Source: Candidatus Iainarchaeum sp. (GTDB lineage Archaea; Iainarchaeota; Iainarchaeia; Iainarchaeales; JAAZKV01). From it: a stretch of 64,000 bases of DNA. The stretch lies in NCBI GenBank assembly GCA_026397015.1, contig JAPLVR010000006.1, forward strand, positions 128,001 through 192,000. Reading direction: 5' to 3'. The position numbers and the translations under genes were made by a program. A model generated the notes under the pieces. That model did no database searches, was not told the DNA's origin, and worked only from the letters and a program-made list of their open reading frames with translations. Positions 35,877 to 45,416 of the stretch are shown in pieces (within the stretch, counting starts at the first letter, position 1; each line of letters opens with the position of its first letter).

Positions 35877-37069
35877 AAAAACCGAAGGAAATTTACCTGG
35901 ATTACAGTGCAACGACGCCTGTGCGCGAAGAAGTGCTGAAAGAGGCGCTGCCTTACTTTTCGGAAAAATTCGGGAACCCGAGCAGTTTCCATTCACGAGG
36001 ATTAGAAGCGAAAAATGCGATTGAAAGCGCGAGAAAAAGAATCGCGAAGATTTTGAATTGCGAAGCGGAGGAAATAATTTTCTGCGGAAGCGGAACAGAA
36101 AGCATAAACCTTGCAATAAAAGGAATTGCTTTCCGCGAGCTGGCGAAAGGAAAAAGAGGGCATTTTATTACGCAAAAAACGGAGCACGAAGCGGTTCTAA
36201 AAACTATGGACTGGCTCAAGAGAATTGGATTTGAAATCACTTACCTCAATGTTGATGAAAACGGATTAATTGATTTGGGAGAATTGACGCGGAGCATAAA
36301 GGAAGACACTTTGTTAGTTTCAATAATGTATGCGAACAACGAAGTGGGAACAATCCAGCCAATAAAAGAAATTGCCGAAATTTGCCACAAAAAAAATACT
36401 TTACTTCATACAGATGCATGTCAGGCGTCAGAATATTTGGATTTGAACGTAAAAAAACTGGGCGCTGATTTGATGACACTGAACGGAAGCAAGGTTTATT
36501 CGTTCAAAGGAACGGGACTGCTTTACAAAAGAAAAGAAATTGAAATTGAAGCGCTGATACACGGCGGGGGGCAGGAAAGTGGGGCGAGGTCTGGAACGGA
36601 AAATGTGCCGGGAATAGTTGCGCTTGCAAAGGCGCTTGAAATTGCGGAGTGGGAGAAAAAAAAGGAAGCAAAACGTATTACGGCGCTGAGGGATTATTTC
36701 ATTAAAAGAGTGGAAAAGGAAATTCCGAAGGCGAAGCTGAACGGGCACAGGACAAAAAGGCTTCCCAACAACGTCAACTTTTCATTCGAAGGGATTGAGG
36801 GAGAATCGCTCATACTTTACATGAATGAGGAAGGAGTAAGACTCAGCACTGGCTCCGCTTGCAGCTCAAAATCGCTGGACCCGAGCCACGTGCTAACAGC
36901 AATGGGCATAGACCACGGAACTGCGCACGGAAGCATCAGGTTTTCGCTCGGAAAAGAAACGACAAAAAAAGAATTGGATTTTGTAATTGGAAAACTCAAG
37001 GAAAAGGTAGAATTCTTGAGGAGAATTTCCCCGGTTTGGAAAAAAGGAAAAGGAGTGAGGAAAAAATGA
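35873..37069 (+). CDS. iscS: Cysteine desulfurase (IscS/NifS)
   Basis: YLDYSATTP, GNPSS, ANNEVG, HTDACQ, RSGTEN and STGSACSS. Confidence 0.96.
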   Translation: MKKPKEIYLDYSATTPVREEVLKEALPYFSEKFGNPSSFHSRGLEAKNAIESARKRIAKILNCEAEEIIFCGSGTESINLAIKGIAFRELAKGKRGHFITQKTEHEAVLKTMDWLKRIGFEITYLNVDENGLIDLGELTRSIKEDTLLVSIMYANNEVGTIQPIKEIAEICHKKNTLLHTDACQASEYLDLNVKKLGADLMTLNGSKVYSFKGTGLLYKRKEIEIEALIHGGGQESGARSGTENVPGIVALAKALEIAEWEKKKEAKRITALRDYFIKRVEKEIPKAKLNGHRTKRLPNNVNFSFEGIEGESLILYMNEEGVRLSTGSACSSKSLDPSHVLTAMGIDHGTAHGSIRFSLGKETTKKELDFVIGKLKEKVEFLRRISPVWKKGKGVRKK

Positions 37070-37503
37070 AAGTTGAAGGGCAGGATTGGTTCTATTCAAA
37101 AACAGTTAAAGAACATTTTATGAAACCGAAAAACTTCCTGAATGATTTGAAAGAAGTCAAAGGTTTCAACGGGTACGGAAAAACCGGCAATATGAAATGC
37201 GGGGACGTAATGGAAATGTGGATAAAAGTTGCTGACGGAAGGATAAAGGGGTGCAAATGGCGGACTTTTGGGTGCGCCTCTGCAATTGCGTCCACTTCAA
37301 TTCTTTCCGAAATGGTTACGGAAAAAGGCGGAATGAAAATCGAGGATGCGTTAAAAATAACGGGAAAAGAAATAATGGAAAGGCTCGGCGGATTGCCCGC
37401 GGTGAAGGTTCATTGCTCCGTGCTTGGGGACCAGGCGCTAAGAGAAGCGATAAAGGATTATGAGAAAAAACAAAGCAATAAAAAAACAAAGCAGAACAAA
37501 TAA
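37066..37503 (+). CDS. iscU: Fe-S cluster scaffold (IscU/NifU N-terminal)
   Basis: EHFMKPKN, CGD, FGCASAIAS and LPAVKVHCS; start at ATG 37066 overlapping the iscS stop. Confidence 0.95.
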   Translation: MKVEGQDWFYSKTVKEHFMKPKNFLNDLKEVKGFNGYGKTGNMKCGDVMEMWIKVADGRIKGCKWRTFGCASAIASTSILSEMVTEKGGMKIEDALKITGKEIMERLGGLPAVKVHCSVLGDQALREAIKDYEKKQSNKKTKQNK

Positions 37504-37523
37504 TTCAAAAGAAGGGATTTGAA

Positions 37524-37865
37524 ATGGGGTCCGTGCAATACATAATTGTAAACAAAGGAATAAACATGAAAAATGGGAAAACCTGTGCTCAGGTTGCACA
37601 CGCTTCTCTTGAAGTGCTTGACAAGGTCGACCCCGAAATAATCAAGGCGTGGAGGCTTCAGGGAATGAAAAAGGTTGTACTGAAAGTTAAGGGTGACATG
37701 GAACTGCTCGAATTGTTTGAAAGGGCAAAAAAGGAACTGCCCTGCGCGCTGATAACTGACGCGGGGCACACACAAGTTGCTGCAGGGTCGAAAACCTGTT
37801 TCGCCTGCGGGCCGGTGGAAGAGGCGAAAGGCGCGAAATATTTTAAGCACTTAAAACTGCTTTAG
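37524..37865 (+). CDS. pth: Peptidyl-tRNA hydrolase Pth2
   Basis: GKTCAQVAHAS, KKVVLKV, DAGHTQV and LKLL end. Confidence 0.95.
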   Translation: MGSVQYIIVNKGINMKNGKTCAQVAHASLEVLDKVDPEIIKAWRLQGMKKVVLKVKGDMELLELFERAKKELPCALITDAGHTQVAAGSKTCFACGPVEEAKGAKYFKHLKLL

Positions 37866-37874
37866 ATATTTTAT

Positions 37875-38426
37875 TTAACCCCTCAATTGTTTGTTCAACT
37901 CAGCAACTCTCTTTTTGAGCGATTCAGCCCTTTCTTTTTCAACTATTTTTTTTCTTTTTGCCTGATCTAATTCACGCCGCTTTTCAATCTGCAATCTTCT
38001 TTCTCTTGGCTTGACAGAGGACAAATCGCGAAGGGTGGTAAGTGTATACATTGAAATTGGTTCGTATTCGAACCTATTGTTAACAACCCCTGTTACCCCA
38101 AGTTTTTGCAATTCACCAAGCCTAGCTTCAATTTTTTCATATGCCTTTAAACCATGCTCCCTAACCAAAGATGCCATGAGTGAAGTATCTGCTGGACTAA
38201 TTGTGGCATGCCCTTCAAAAGCAATTATAGTCGGATTAAATACCCTGTTCAAATTTGCTTGATATTTTTTAAGCCTCTTAAGCCTTGATTTAACGGCGAC
38301 AGGGGCAGAAACCTTTCTAATAAATCCCTTCACACCACTGCTTCTTTTTTCCATCTCTCTTATCGGCAAATAACCTTCCGAAATCTCCCGATTAACTTTC
38401 TTCCTAAAACTAAATCTTCTTACCAC
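37875..38426 (-). CDS. Orphan basic protein
   Basis: GTG 38426 behind SD AGGGGTG and a TTTATA box; starts MVRRFSFRKKVN. Confidence 0.7.
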   Translation of the reverse strand: MVRRFSFRKKVNREISEGYLPIREMEKRSSGVKGFIRKVSAPVAVKSRLKRLKKYQANLNRVFNPTIIAFEGHATISPADTSLMASLVREHGLKAYEKIEARLGELQKLGVTGVVNNRFEYEPISMYTLTTLRDLSSVKPRERRLQIEKRRELDQAKRKKIVEKERAESLKKRVAELNKQLRG

Positions 38427-38568
38427 AAAAACACCCCTTACCAGAAGATATTCGGCGCAAGAACAATATAAACTTTTCCAAATGCCCACACAATGAGAAT
38501 TACTACATAACTTGTTTTTGTTTCATTTGTAGAATGATTTAATAAAAACAAACGAAAATATTTGTTTC

Positions 38569-39339
38569 ATGAAAAAAAGCTTTATCCAGCAGATAGACAA
38601 GTTAATACAGGAAAGCGACATACTGCTGGAAATACTTGACTCGCGGTTTCCTGACAAAACGAGAAACGAAAACCTTGAAAGAAAAATAATTCGAAAAGGG
38701 AAGAAACTGATTGTTGTTCTGAATAAGGCCGATTTGCGGAGCAAGGAAGAGCTTGAAAGCGTGAAAAAAGAAGTTACGGGGCAAGTAAAGGCAAGGGTTG
38801 TTTTCCTCTCAGCAAAGGAAAGGAAAGGAATAAATCTGTTAAAAAAAGAAATCGAAAATGCAAAAGGAAAAAATGGAAAAGCCATAATCGGCTTGATTGG
38901 TTATCCGAATTGCGGAAAAAGCACGCTCATAAATGCGCTCGCTGGAAGCGGAAGGGCACGGGTTGGAGTTTCAAGGAAAGCGGGTTTCACACGCGGACTG
39001 CAAAGAATAAAAATTGATGAGGGCGTTTATTTGATTGATGCACCCGGAATAATCCCAATTGATAAGAAAGACGAATTTGATTTGTTCTTGGTAAGCGCAA
39101 GGAATCCGAACCAATTGAATGACATGGAAACAATTGCGGTAAAGTTGGTTCAATTTTTGGGAAAGGAAAAAATCGCCGCAAAATTTGAAATTAAGTTGAG
39201 TGAAATTAATGAGGCGGATGAAGAGGAAATCCTTGAGATGATTGCGATAAAAAAAGGGTGGCTCGCAAGCGGCGGAAAGGGAAACATTGAAAGGGCTTCG
39301 AGGGAACTTTTGGAAATATTTCAAAGAAATGAGATTTAA
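38569..39339 (+). CDS. Circularly permuted ribosome-biogenesis GTPase (YlqF/RbgA family)
   Basis: G4 NKAD precedes G1 GYPNCGKS; G2 GFT and G3 DAPG follow. Confidence 0.92.
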   Translation: MKKSFIQQIDKLIQESDILLEILDSRFPDKTRNENLERKIIRKGKKLIVVLNKADLRSKEELESVKKEVTGQVKARVVFLSAKERKGINLLKKEIENAKGKNGKAIIGLIGYPNCGKSTLINALAGSGRARVGVSRKAGFTRGLQRIKIDEGVYLIDAPGIIPIDKKDEFDLFLVSARNPNQLNDMETIAVKLVQFLGKEKIAAKFEIKLSEINEADEEEILEMIAIKKGWLASGGKGNIERASRELLEIFQRNEI

Positions 39340-39368
39340 ATATTTAAATAATAAGAATGCCAGCAGAA

Positions 39369-39485
39369 CTACAATTGCGAAATATTCTCAATTATTTTTT
39401 TCAACAAAACCTTTTTTTTAAGGGATTTTTCCTTTGAGAGGCGAAGCTTGAGTTCCTCCAAAATATCCTCATTTGACAATTTCAT
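39369..39485 (-). CDS. Small helical protein (38 aa), not in ORF track
   Basis: MKLSNEDILEELKLRLSKEKSLKKKVLLKKIIENISQL*; fills the gap between hjc and the GTPase. Confidence 0.45.
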   Translation of the reverse strand: MKLSNEDILEELKLRLSKEKSLKKKVLLKKIIENISQL

Positions 39486-39580
39486 AAAAAATCAATTCCC
39501 TAAAAATCAAATCCTTACTAGAAAATTTCTGAAATGAATTGTTTTTAAAGCAACCTCAAAACAAAAAAATGCGCAAAAAA

Positions 39581-39997
39581 TTAACCCTTAGCAAGCTTGA
39601 GCTGCGACTGCGTTCCAAGGATTACGCCCAAATCAACTGAGTGAAGCTTCGCATCGTGCAAAGAAATCATAAAATTTTTTCCGGCTTTGTGAAAGGCATC
39701 CGCGCGGACAAAAAGCCAGCCGTGATTTGGAATCTTCCATGCAATAAAAAACTCTGCGCCCGCCGTTTCAGCCCAGCCGACTTCTTCGGCCATATTTATG
39801 TGAGGGATTGCGAGGTGCTTTCCCTTCCATGCCTTGCATTCAAAGGCAATAATACGCCCTTTTTTTAGGGCGATAACATCCGGGCAGGGAAGCGGATTTA
39901 CCCCTGAACCGGCTACGCGCGTAACGGCAAAACCAGCCCTGAAAAGCTCCTTAATGAGCTCCCTTTCCGCATTTGCACCCTTATTGTAGTGAGTCAT
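39581..39997 (-). CDS. hjc: Holliday junction resolvase Hjc
   Basis: KGANAEREL, RVAGSG, PDVIA and FECK. Confidence 0.94.
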   Translation of the reverse strand: MTHYNKGANAERELIKELFRAGFAVTRVAGSGVNPLPCPDVIALKKGRIIAFECKAWKGKHLAIPHINMAEEVGWAETAGAEFFIAWKIPNHGWLFVRADAFHKAGKNFMISLHDAKLHSVDLGVILGTQSQLKLAKG

Positions 39998-40065
39998 TTT
40001 GCACCGCCAAAAATGGATAAATTTATATACACTTTATTGGGAAGGTCTTTTATACATAGGCAGAA

Positions 40066-40347
40066 TTGTTTGTGTTTGAAGTGGAAACAATAATAAGTTT
40101 GAGAGTTTCAGCGGGCAGAGGAAAATTCTCCATGCGCTGGAACGATGAAAAAAAAGTTTTGTTTATCGAAACTAAAGGAAAGGCTTTGAAAGGAAAAGCC
40201 AATATTGAAATTTTGAAAGAAACAAAAAAATTCTTCAAAACTGAAACGCAGATTGTTTCCGGCGAAAAAAGCAAAAATAAAAAATTGAAAATAACGGCTT
40301 CCAATGAAGAAGCCATGAACAGGCTTATCACAACTAATTCTGCATAA
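40066..40347 (+). CDS. DUF167 (UPF0235/YggU) family protein
   Basis: GKANIEI and IVSGEKSKNKKLKI. Confidence 0.8.
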   Translation: MFVFEVETIISLRVSAGRGKFSMRWNDEKKVLFIETKGKALKGKANIEILKETKKFFKTETQIVSGEKSKNKKLKITASNEEAMNRLITTNSA

Positions 40348-40508
40348 GTAAAAAAATAAAGTGGAAAAATTGCGGCGCAAATTTTTACAAAATAAAGGTG
40401 CTGCAAAATTTCAAAAATAAAAGTACAGTACAAAAATAAAAATCGAAGAAATTCGAAAATAAAAAAAGCATTTTAAAAAATGCAAAAAAATAAAGGAGAT
40501 GATTAGCT

Positions 40509-41942
40509 ATGGCTAAAACATATTTAGGAACTGTAAAATACGAAATACAGGCGAACTACGAAGTTAGCGGAGTGGTTGAAAAGCCTGACATTGTAGGGGC
40601 AATATTCGGACAGAGCGAAGGGCTGCTCGGAGAGGACATGGATCTCAAAGAACTGCAGCAGAACGGAAAAATAGGCCGAATAGAAATAACCGTAAAAAAA
40701 GGAAAAGGCACAACACACGGGGAAATAATAATTCCGAGCTCGCTTGACAGGGTAAAGACAAGCATCCTTGCAGCGGCAATGGAAACCGTTGAAAAGGTTG
40801 GGCCGTGCGAAGCGAAAGTAAAGGTCAACAAAATAGTCGACACGCGAAAAGAAAAAAGGGAGATTATAACGGATAGGGCACAGCAACTCCTCAAACAAAT
40901 GATGAAATTTGAGGGGGCTGAAAGCGGCGAGCTCGCGGAAACAATCAAGGCGGGAGTCAGAACCGAAAAAGTAATCAACGTTGATGGAATGGCTGCTGGG
41001 CCGGAAGTTGAGGAGAGCGACTCAATAATAGTGGTTGAGGGAAGAGCGGATGTTCTAAAACTTTTGAGTTACGGAATAAAAAACGCGGTTGAAATGAACG
41101 GAAGCAATATTTCAAAATCACTAATTGATTTGTGCAAATCAAAAACTGTGACTGTTCTTACCGACGGCGACCGTGGAGGAGAGCTTAACGCGAAAAAACT
41201 TTCACAGCTTACGAAAGTGGATTTCGTTGCAAGCGCACCCGACGGAAAAGAAGTCGAAGAACTAACCCAAAAAGAAATCCTTCAGGCGCTGAAAAAAAGG
41301 AGGCCCGCCGAGGAAATACTCGGAAAAGAATTCAGACCATACAGAGAAACAAGGGAGGGGAGTTATCAAAGGGAATACGAACCAAGATACGGGGAAGAAA
41401 GGCGCTATGAAAGGCCGAGAAACCCTTACGGGCACAGAGGTTATGACGGCGGGCATGAAAGGCCTTATGGGAGAGCGCACGAAAACAGAGGCTATGACAG
41501 ACCCTTCCATTCAAGAGAAAGAGACAATTTTGGAAGAGGGGCCCCAAGGCACTTCGACCGCAGAGAAAGAAGGCCGCACTTCGGAGGAGACTTTAGAGGC
41601 GGATTCAGGGATCAGTTCTTTGAACCAAGGCCAATGCCCCAATATGAGGCGCCGCAGGAGATTCCCAAGGACATCCTCGCACTCAAAAAAGACCTTAATT
41701 CGCTCAAAGGAAAACTGAAGGCAAGGCTTTTTGATGAAAAGAAAAAGAAAATCAAGGACGTTGCCGTAAAAGAAATGCTCGAGGCCCTGAAAAAGACGAA
41801 GAAAAAAGTCGACACAATAGTTTTCGACGGAATAATAACTTCGAGAGTAATAGAAGCAGCCGAAGAAAAAGGCGTGAAAAATATTGTCGGAGTCAGGAAA
41901 GCAAACGTGCATTCAAAAACAATAAAGATGTACACGCTGTAA
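40509..41942 (+). CDS. dnaG: Archaeal DnaG (TOPRIM; exosome-associated)
   Basis: VEKPDIVGAIFGQSEG, VVEGRADV, DGDRGG, KEVEEL and FDGIIT. Confidence 0.96.
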   Translation: MAKTYLGTVKYEIQANYEVSGVVEKPDIVGAIFGQSEGLLGEDMDLKELQQNGKIGRIEITVKKGKGTTHGEIIIPSSLDRVKTSILAAAMETVEKVGPCEAKVKVNKIVDTRKEKREIITDRAQQLLKQMMKFEGAESGELAETIKAGVRTEKVINVDGMAAGPEVEESDSIIVVEGRADVLKLLSYGIKNAVEMNGSNISKSLIDLCKSKTVTVLTDGDRGGELNAKKLSQLTKVDFVASAPDGKEVEELTQKEILQALKKRRPAEEILGKEFRPYRETREGSYQREYEPRYGEERRYERPRNPYGHRGYDGGHERPYGRAHENRGYDRPFHSRERDNFGRGAPRHFDRRERRPHFGGDFRGGFRDQFFEPRPMPQYEAPQEIPKDILALKKDLNSLKGKLKARLFDEKKKKIKDVAVKEMLEALKKTKKKVDTIVFDGIITSRVIEAAEEKGVKNIVGVRKANVHSKTIKMYTL

Positions 41943-42024
41943 AACAGCTACACGGAAAAAGAGCAAAAAAATTAAAAGCCGAAAACGGAAAAGGAAAGCG
42001 ATTGCTTTCCTTTTCAAAAAAGAT

Positions 42025-42474
42025 TTACCTCTTTCTTCTTCTGGCGAATCCTGATTCTACCGTTAATTCTTCAATCGGAATCACTATTGAAGGATTTGCC
42101 CACGCAAACAGCCCTAACAACAGAACTATCGCCCAAACAAAGAACTGGCTAATCGGCCCTATTAATGCCGTCCAGAATTGCCTCTGCGTCAGCCCGGAAT
42201 GGTCGCTCAAAACCTGCGCACCACTAAGCTGATACAATGTGTTCCTGCAATCCTGATACCTCAGCTCGGCTGAAATGTAATCCGGATTGTTTTCCATCGG
42301 CAAATCCCTTACCCCTGAGGTTTCAACGCACGTGCTGAATCCCTTGAGGGCGTTCCAAGAGTCAAACATCACCGCACCCGATTTTATGAGCATCAAAACT
42401 GATAGCACAATCAGGAAGGCGCCTATGAGCCTTGGCAGCTGGGCATTCTTAGAACCTATTCTCAAAAAAACCAT
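42025..42474 (-). CDS. Hypothetical 2-TM membrane protein
   Basis: Two hydrophobic helices flanking a loop with two Cys; start uncertain. Confidence 0.65.
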   Translation of the reverse strand: MVFLRIGSKNAQLPRLIGAFLIVLSVLMLIKSGAVMFDSWNALKGFSTCVETSGVRDLPMENNPDYISAELRYQDCRNTLYQLSGAQVLSDHSGLTQRQFWTALIGPISQFFVWAIVLLLGLFAWANPSIVIPIEELTVESGFARRRKR

Positions 42475-42624
42475 CTGCCTCAAAACGATCACCTGATTCT
42501 AATAAGAAAACCTACTATTTAAATGTTCGTTTCGCCAAAAAATTCCTTGAAATAAGGGTTTCCCATCTGAAGGTTTAAAAAAACAGCGCAACAGTTTTTA
42601 TTTTATAAAGCAAATTAATAGCCA

Positions 42625-42695
42625 ATGCCGAGCAAAGCGAGGCATACTTTGTCGAGCGCAGCGAAGACAATGCTCAAGTGCCAGCTGATTGAGCA
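42625..42695 (+). repeat. Three consecutive hairpins upstream of tRNA-Val
   Basis: ATGCC-GAGCAAAGCGA-GGCAT, TTGTC-GAGCGCAGCGAA-GACAA and TGCTCAA...TTGAGCA. Confidence 0.7.
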
Positions 42696-42698
42696 GCT

Positions 42699-42770
42699 GG
42701 GCCGGTGGTCTAGCGGTATGACATCACCCTTACAAGGTGAGAGTCGACGGTTCGAATCCGTCTCGGCCCA
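42699..42770 (+). tRNA. tRNA-Val(TAC)
   Basis: Acceptor GGGCCGG/TCGGCCC, anticodon arm TCACC-CT TAC AA-GGTGA, T loop TTCGAAT. Confidence 0.96.
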
Positions 42771-42819
42771 TTTTTCATAATAAGCATTTTAACTATTTTT
42801 TGAAACGCGGCGAAAAAAA

Positions 42820-43500
42820 ATGAAAAAACTCGTTTATGTGATGCCTCACAAATCCGGCATTTTGTATCTTAACTTCGGGGCGGAATGCCTGAATAATTGC
42901 AGGTTCTGCATAAAGAGGTTCGAAAATTTTTACGGAAATGCTCTGGAAACGAATTATTCTCCAAAATTGATAATTGAAATAAAAGAGGAATTAAAAAAAA
43001 TTAAAATTGCCAATAAAAAAACCAAAGAAATCGTTTTTTGCGGAATCGGCGAACCTTTTCTGCACTATGAAACCTTAATAGAAATTGCGAAATTTTGCAG
43101 AAAATTGTTTGGCGAAGGGATCCAAATAAGGGCAGACACCGCGGGCCTTTGGTGGGGCGCAAACAAAAACCTTTCATTTCTCGATTACATAACAGGATTG
43201 AGCGTCAGCCTGAATGCCGAATCGGAAGAAAAATACGAACAAATGTGCCAGCCGAAAATTCAAAACGCTTACGGCATTCTGATGGATTTCCTAACGACAT
43301 TGTCAAAAGAAAAAAAGAAAAGAAAAAAGTTTCCGAAAATAAGGCTGACAATAGTTGATACCTCGGACAAAAAATCAATGCCTGAAAGAAAAAAAGGCGA
43401 CCGAGCAGGGGATTGCCCTGTTCCAAATTTTGAAAAGTGCGAAAAAATTGCCGAAAACCTCGGATTTCCACTGGAAGTAAGAAAATTATTTAAAAAATAG
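42820..43500 (+). CDS. Radical SAM protein (TatD-associated-like)
   Basis: LYLN...CLNNCRFC, EIVFCGIGEP and SVSLNA. Confidence 0.85.
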   Translation: MKKLVYVMPHKSGILYLNFGAECLNNCRFCIKRFENFYGNALETNYSPKLIIEIKEELKKIKIANKKTKEIVFCGIGEPFLHYETLIEIAKFCRKLFGEGIQIRADTAGLWWGANKNLSFLDYITGLSVSLNAESEEKYEQMCQPKIQNAYGILMDFLTTLSKEKKKRKKFPKIRLTIVDTSDKKSMPERKKGDRAGDCPVPNFEKCEKIAENLGFPLEVRKLFKK

Positions 43501-43588
43501 CAAAGAAATTATTTAAAAAATCCGATTAAGAGCGAAATCTAATCGAAGCGCTTTTATATATCTTTAATATAATCTATGTGTCTTTGCC

Positions 43589-45382
43589 ATGAAACTTTGC
43601 ACAAACAATACAGCCGGGAAACTGATTGCACTGCTTTTATTTATTGTACTCGCGGCGCCGGTTTTTGCGGCGGATACCGCGAGCAATTTCTACCCAACCA
43701 CCATCGGAAATCTTACCGCAAATGTAAGGGTATATGGCTGGGGAATGGTAAGCGGTTTGAAAGACGGGCAGGAAACCACAGTGCAGGTGCTTACTTTCCA
43801 AGAATCGCCGCTGCAAAGCATGGAATTAATCAGGGAAGCACTTTACATAAACGGAAAAGTCATTCTGCCAAAAAGAATAACCGACGAATTCGGGAACAAC
43901 TACGCAAAATTCACAATAACTGAAAATGGGGATTTTAATTATGAACTGATTGCAAAAATAAATGTATCATCATTGATTTACAAATTGGAGGACTTTAATT
44001 TAAGCGACGCCCCTCAAATCCCGGAAAATGAAAAAATTTACATAGCACCAAGCCAAAAAATTGAGAGCGATTCGAGCGAGATAAAAACGCTCGTAAAAAA
44101 CAAGCTGCTTGAAAAAGGATTCATTGAAACACTGAACAAAACGGTTTCATGGGTGAATGATTATGTGCAGTACGCCGAGGGAAAAGACTTTCAGGAGTAT
44201 TACGTTCTGCAAAAATCCGCAATTGAAACCCTGCGCAACAAAAAAGGAGTCTGCGATGAATTCGCAAACCTGGGCGCGGCAATGCTGAGGGCAAAAGGAA
44301 TTCCCACGAAAATAATAATAGGCATAACTTTCGACGGAAAAGAATGGGGAAACCACGCGTGGATAGAGGTAAAAAATAACAAGGACGAATGGATACCATC
44401 GGATCCGACTTTCAGGGAAGCGGGTTTTGTGGATGCAACGCATATAAAGATGGGTTCATACAGCGACGTTACCCTTTCGCTTGCAAAGGCATTTTACCCG
44501 GCGAATTCAAACATTTTCTTCTACACCCAAACAATCCCGGAAGTGCGAATCCTTGACAAAAAATATTTTGACGCAGTCAATGTTGAAATAGAAAATGCAG
44601 AACTAAAAGAAAAAAGATGGAACAACATTAAAGTAAGGGTAACAAATAAGACAAACGGCGAAATTATTGCACCTGTTTCCATGCCGGAAAAGTTTTCAAG
44701 CCTTTATGTCAGGGAAACCAGCAAAGTCGTTTTTCTTAATCCGAATGAAACAAAAGAAGTTGATTTTCTGATATACCCTGACATAATCTTAAACAATCAA
44801 GTTGCAACAGCAAAACTGAGAATAAACAGCCTCTCAGAACCAATTGAAAAGGACTTTACAATTGTTTCATCACTCCCGTTGGAAAACGGCGAAGTAAAAG
44901 TAAATGATTTAACGCCGATAATTTCCGGAAATGATTTGAAAGTTAATATTGAGATTGCCAATTATTTTACAAAATACTCTTATGTGAATGTAACTATTTA
45001 CGATGGCGATTCAAACCTTTCCTCGAAAGAAAGCGTTCTGCCATTCATTTTATCCGACAACAATAGGACGCCCGCCGTTCAAAACATAATAAAGGAAATA
45101 AAATCATTCAAAGAACAAGCATACAGCATAAAAGTTGAAACGCCAACTGAAATATACCTTCAATCGGTTTATCCGGTGAAAACAAACAGCGTTTCTCCAA
45201 ACGAAAAAGACAAAAATGAGAGCGGAGGCGAAAACGCGATAATCCAGCACATAACGCCGCAAAAGGAAGAAACACTCATTGAATACCTTACAGGACACCC
45301 TGCGATTCCCCTGGGAATAATTCTGTTCGGAATACTTTCCGCGCTGCTAATAGTAGTTGGAAGAAACAAAAGATACATATAG
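43589..45382 (+). CDS. Surface transglutaminase-like domain protein
   Basis: Signal peptide, Cys-His-Asp triad (GVCDEF, HAW, DPT) and C-terminal TM anchor. Confidence 0.9.
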   Translation: MKLCTNNTAGKLIALLLFIVLAAPVFAADTASNFYPTTIGNLTANVRVYGWGMVSGLKDGQETTVQVLTFQESPLQSMELIREALYINGKVILPKRITDEFGNNYAKFTITENGDFNYELIAKINVSSLIYKLEDFNLSDAPQIPENEKIYIAPSQKIESDSSEIKTLVKNKLLEKGFIETLNKTVSWVNDYVQYAEGKDFQEYYVLQKSAIETLRNKKGVCDEFANLGAAMLRAKGIPTKIIIGITFDGKEWGNHAWIEVKNNKDEWIPSDPTFREAGFVDATHIKMGSYSDVTLSLAKAFYPANSNIFFYTQTIPEVRILDKKYFDAVNVEIENAELKEKRWNNIKVRVTNKTNGEIIAPVSMPEKFSSLYVRETSKVVFLNPNETKEVDFLIYPDIILNNQVATAKLRINSLSEPIEKDFTIVSSLPLENGEVKVNDLTPIISGNDLKVNIEIANYFTKYSYVNVTIYDGDSNLSSKESVLPFILSDNNRTPAVQNIIKEIKSFKEQAYSIKVETPTEIYLQSVYPVKTNSVSPNEKDKNESGGENAIIQHITPQKEETLIEYLTGHPAIPLGIILFGILSALLIVVGRNKRYI

Positions 45383-45416
45383 CCTTTTAAACAATAACAA
45401 CAAAAATTATTTTTAT

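Noticed and set aside
36859-37065. N-terminal extension of the IscU ORF
   Set aside because: It overlaps iscS out of frame; the real start is the ATGA-coupled ATG at 37066.
42820-43500. Second radical SAM gene as part of a peptide-modification system
   Set aside because: It has no SPASM domain or adjacent precursor and resembles the short TatD-associated type.
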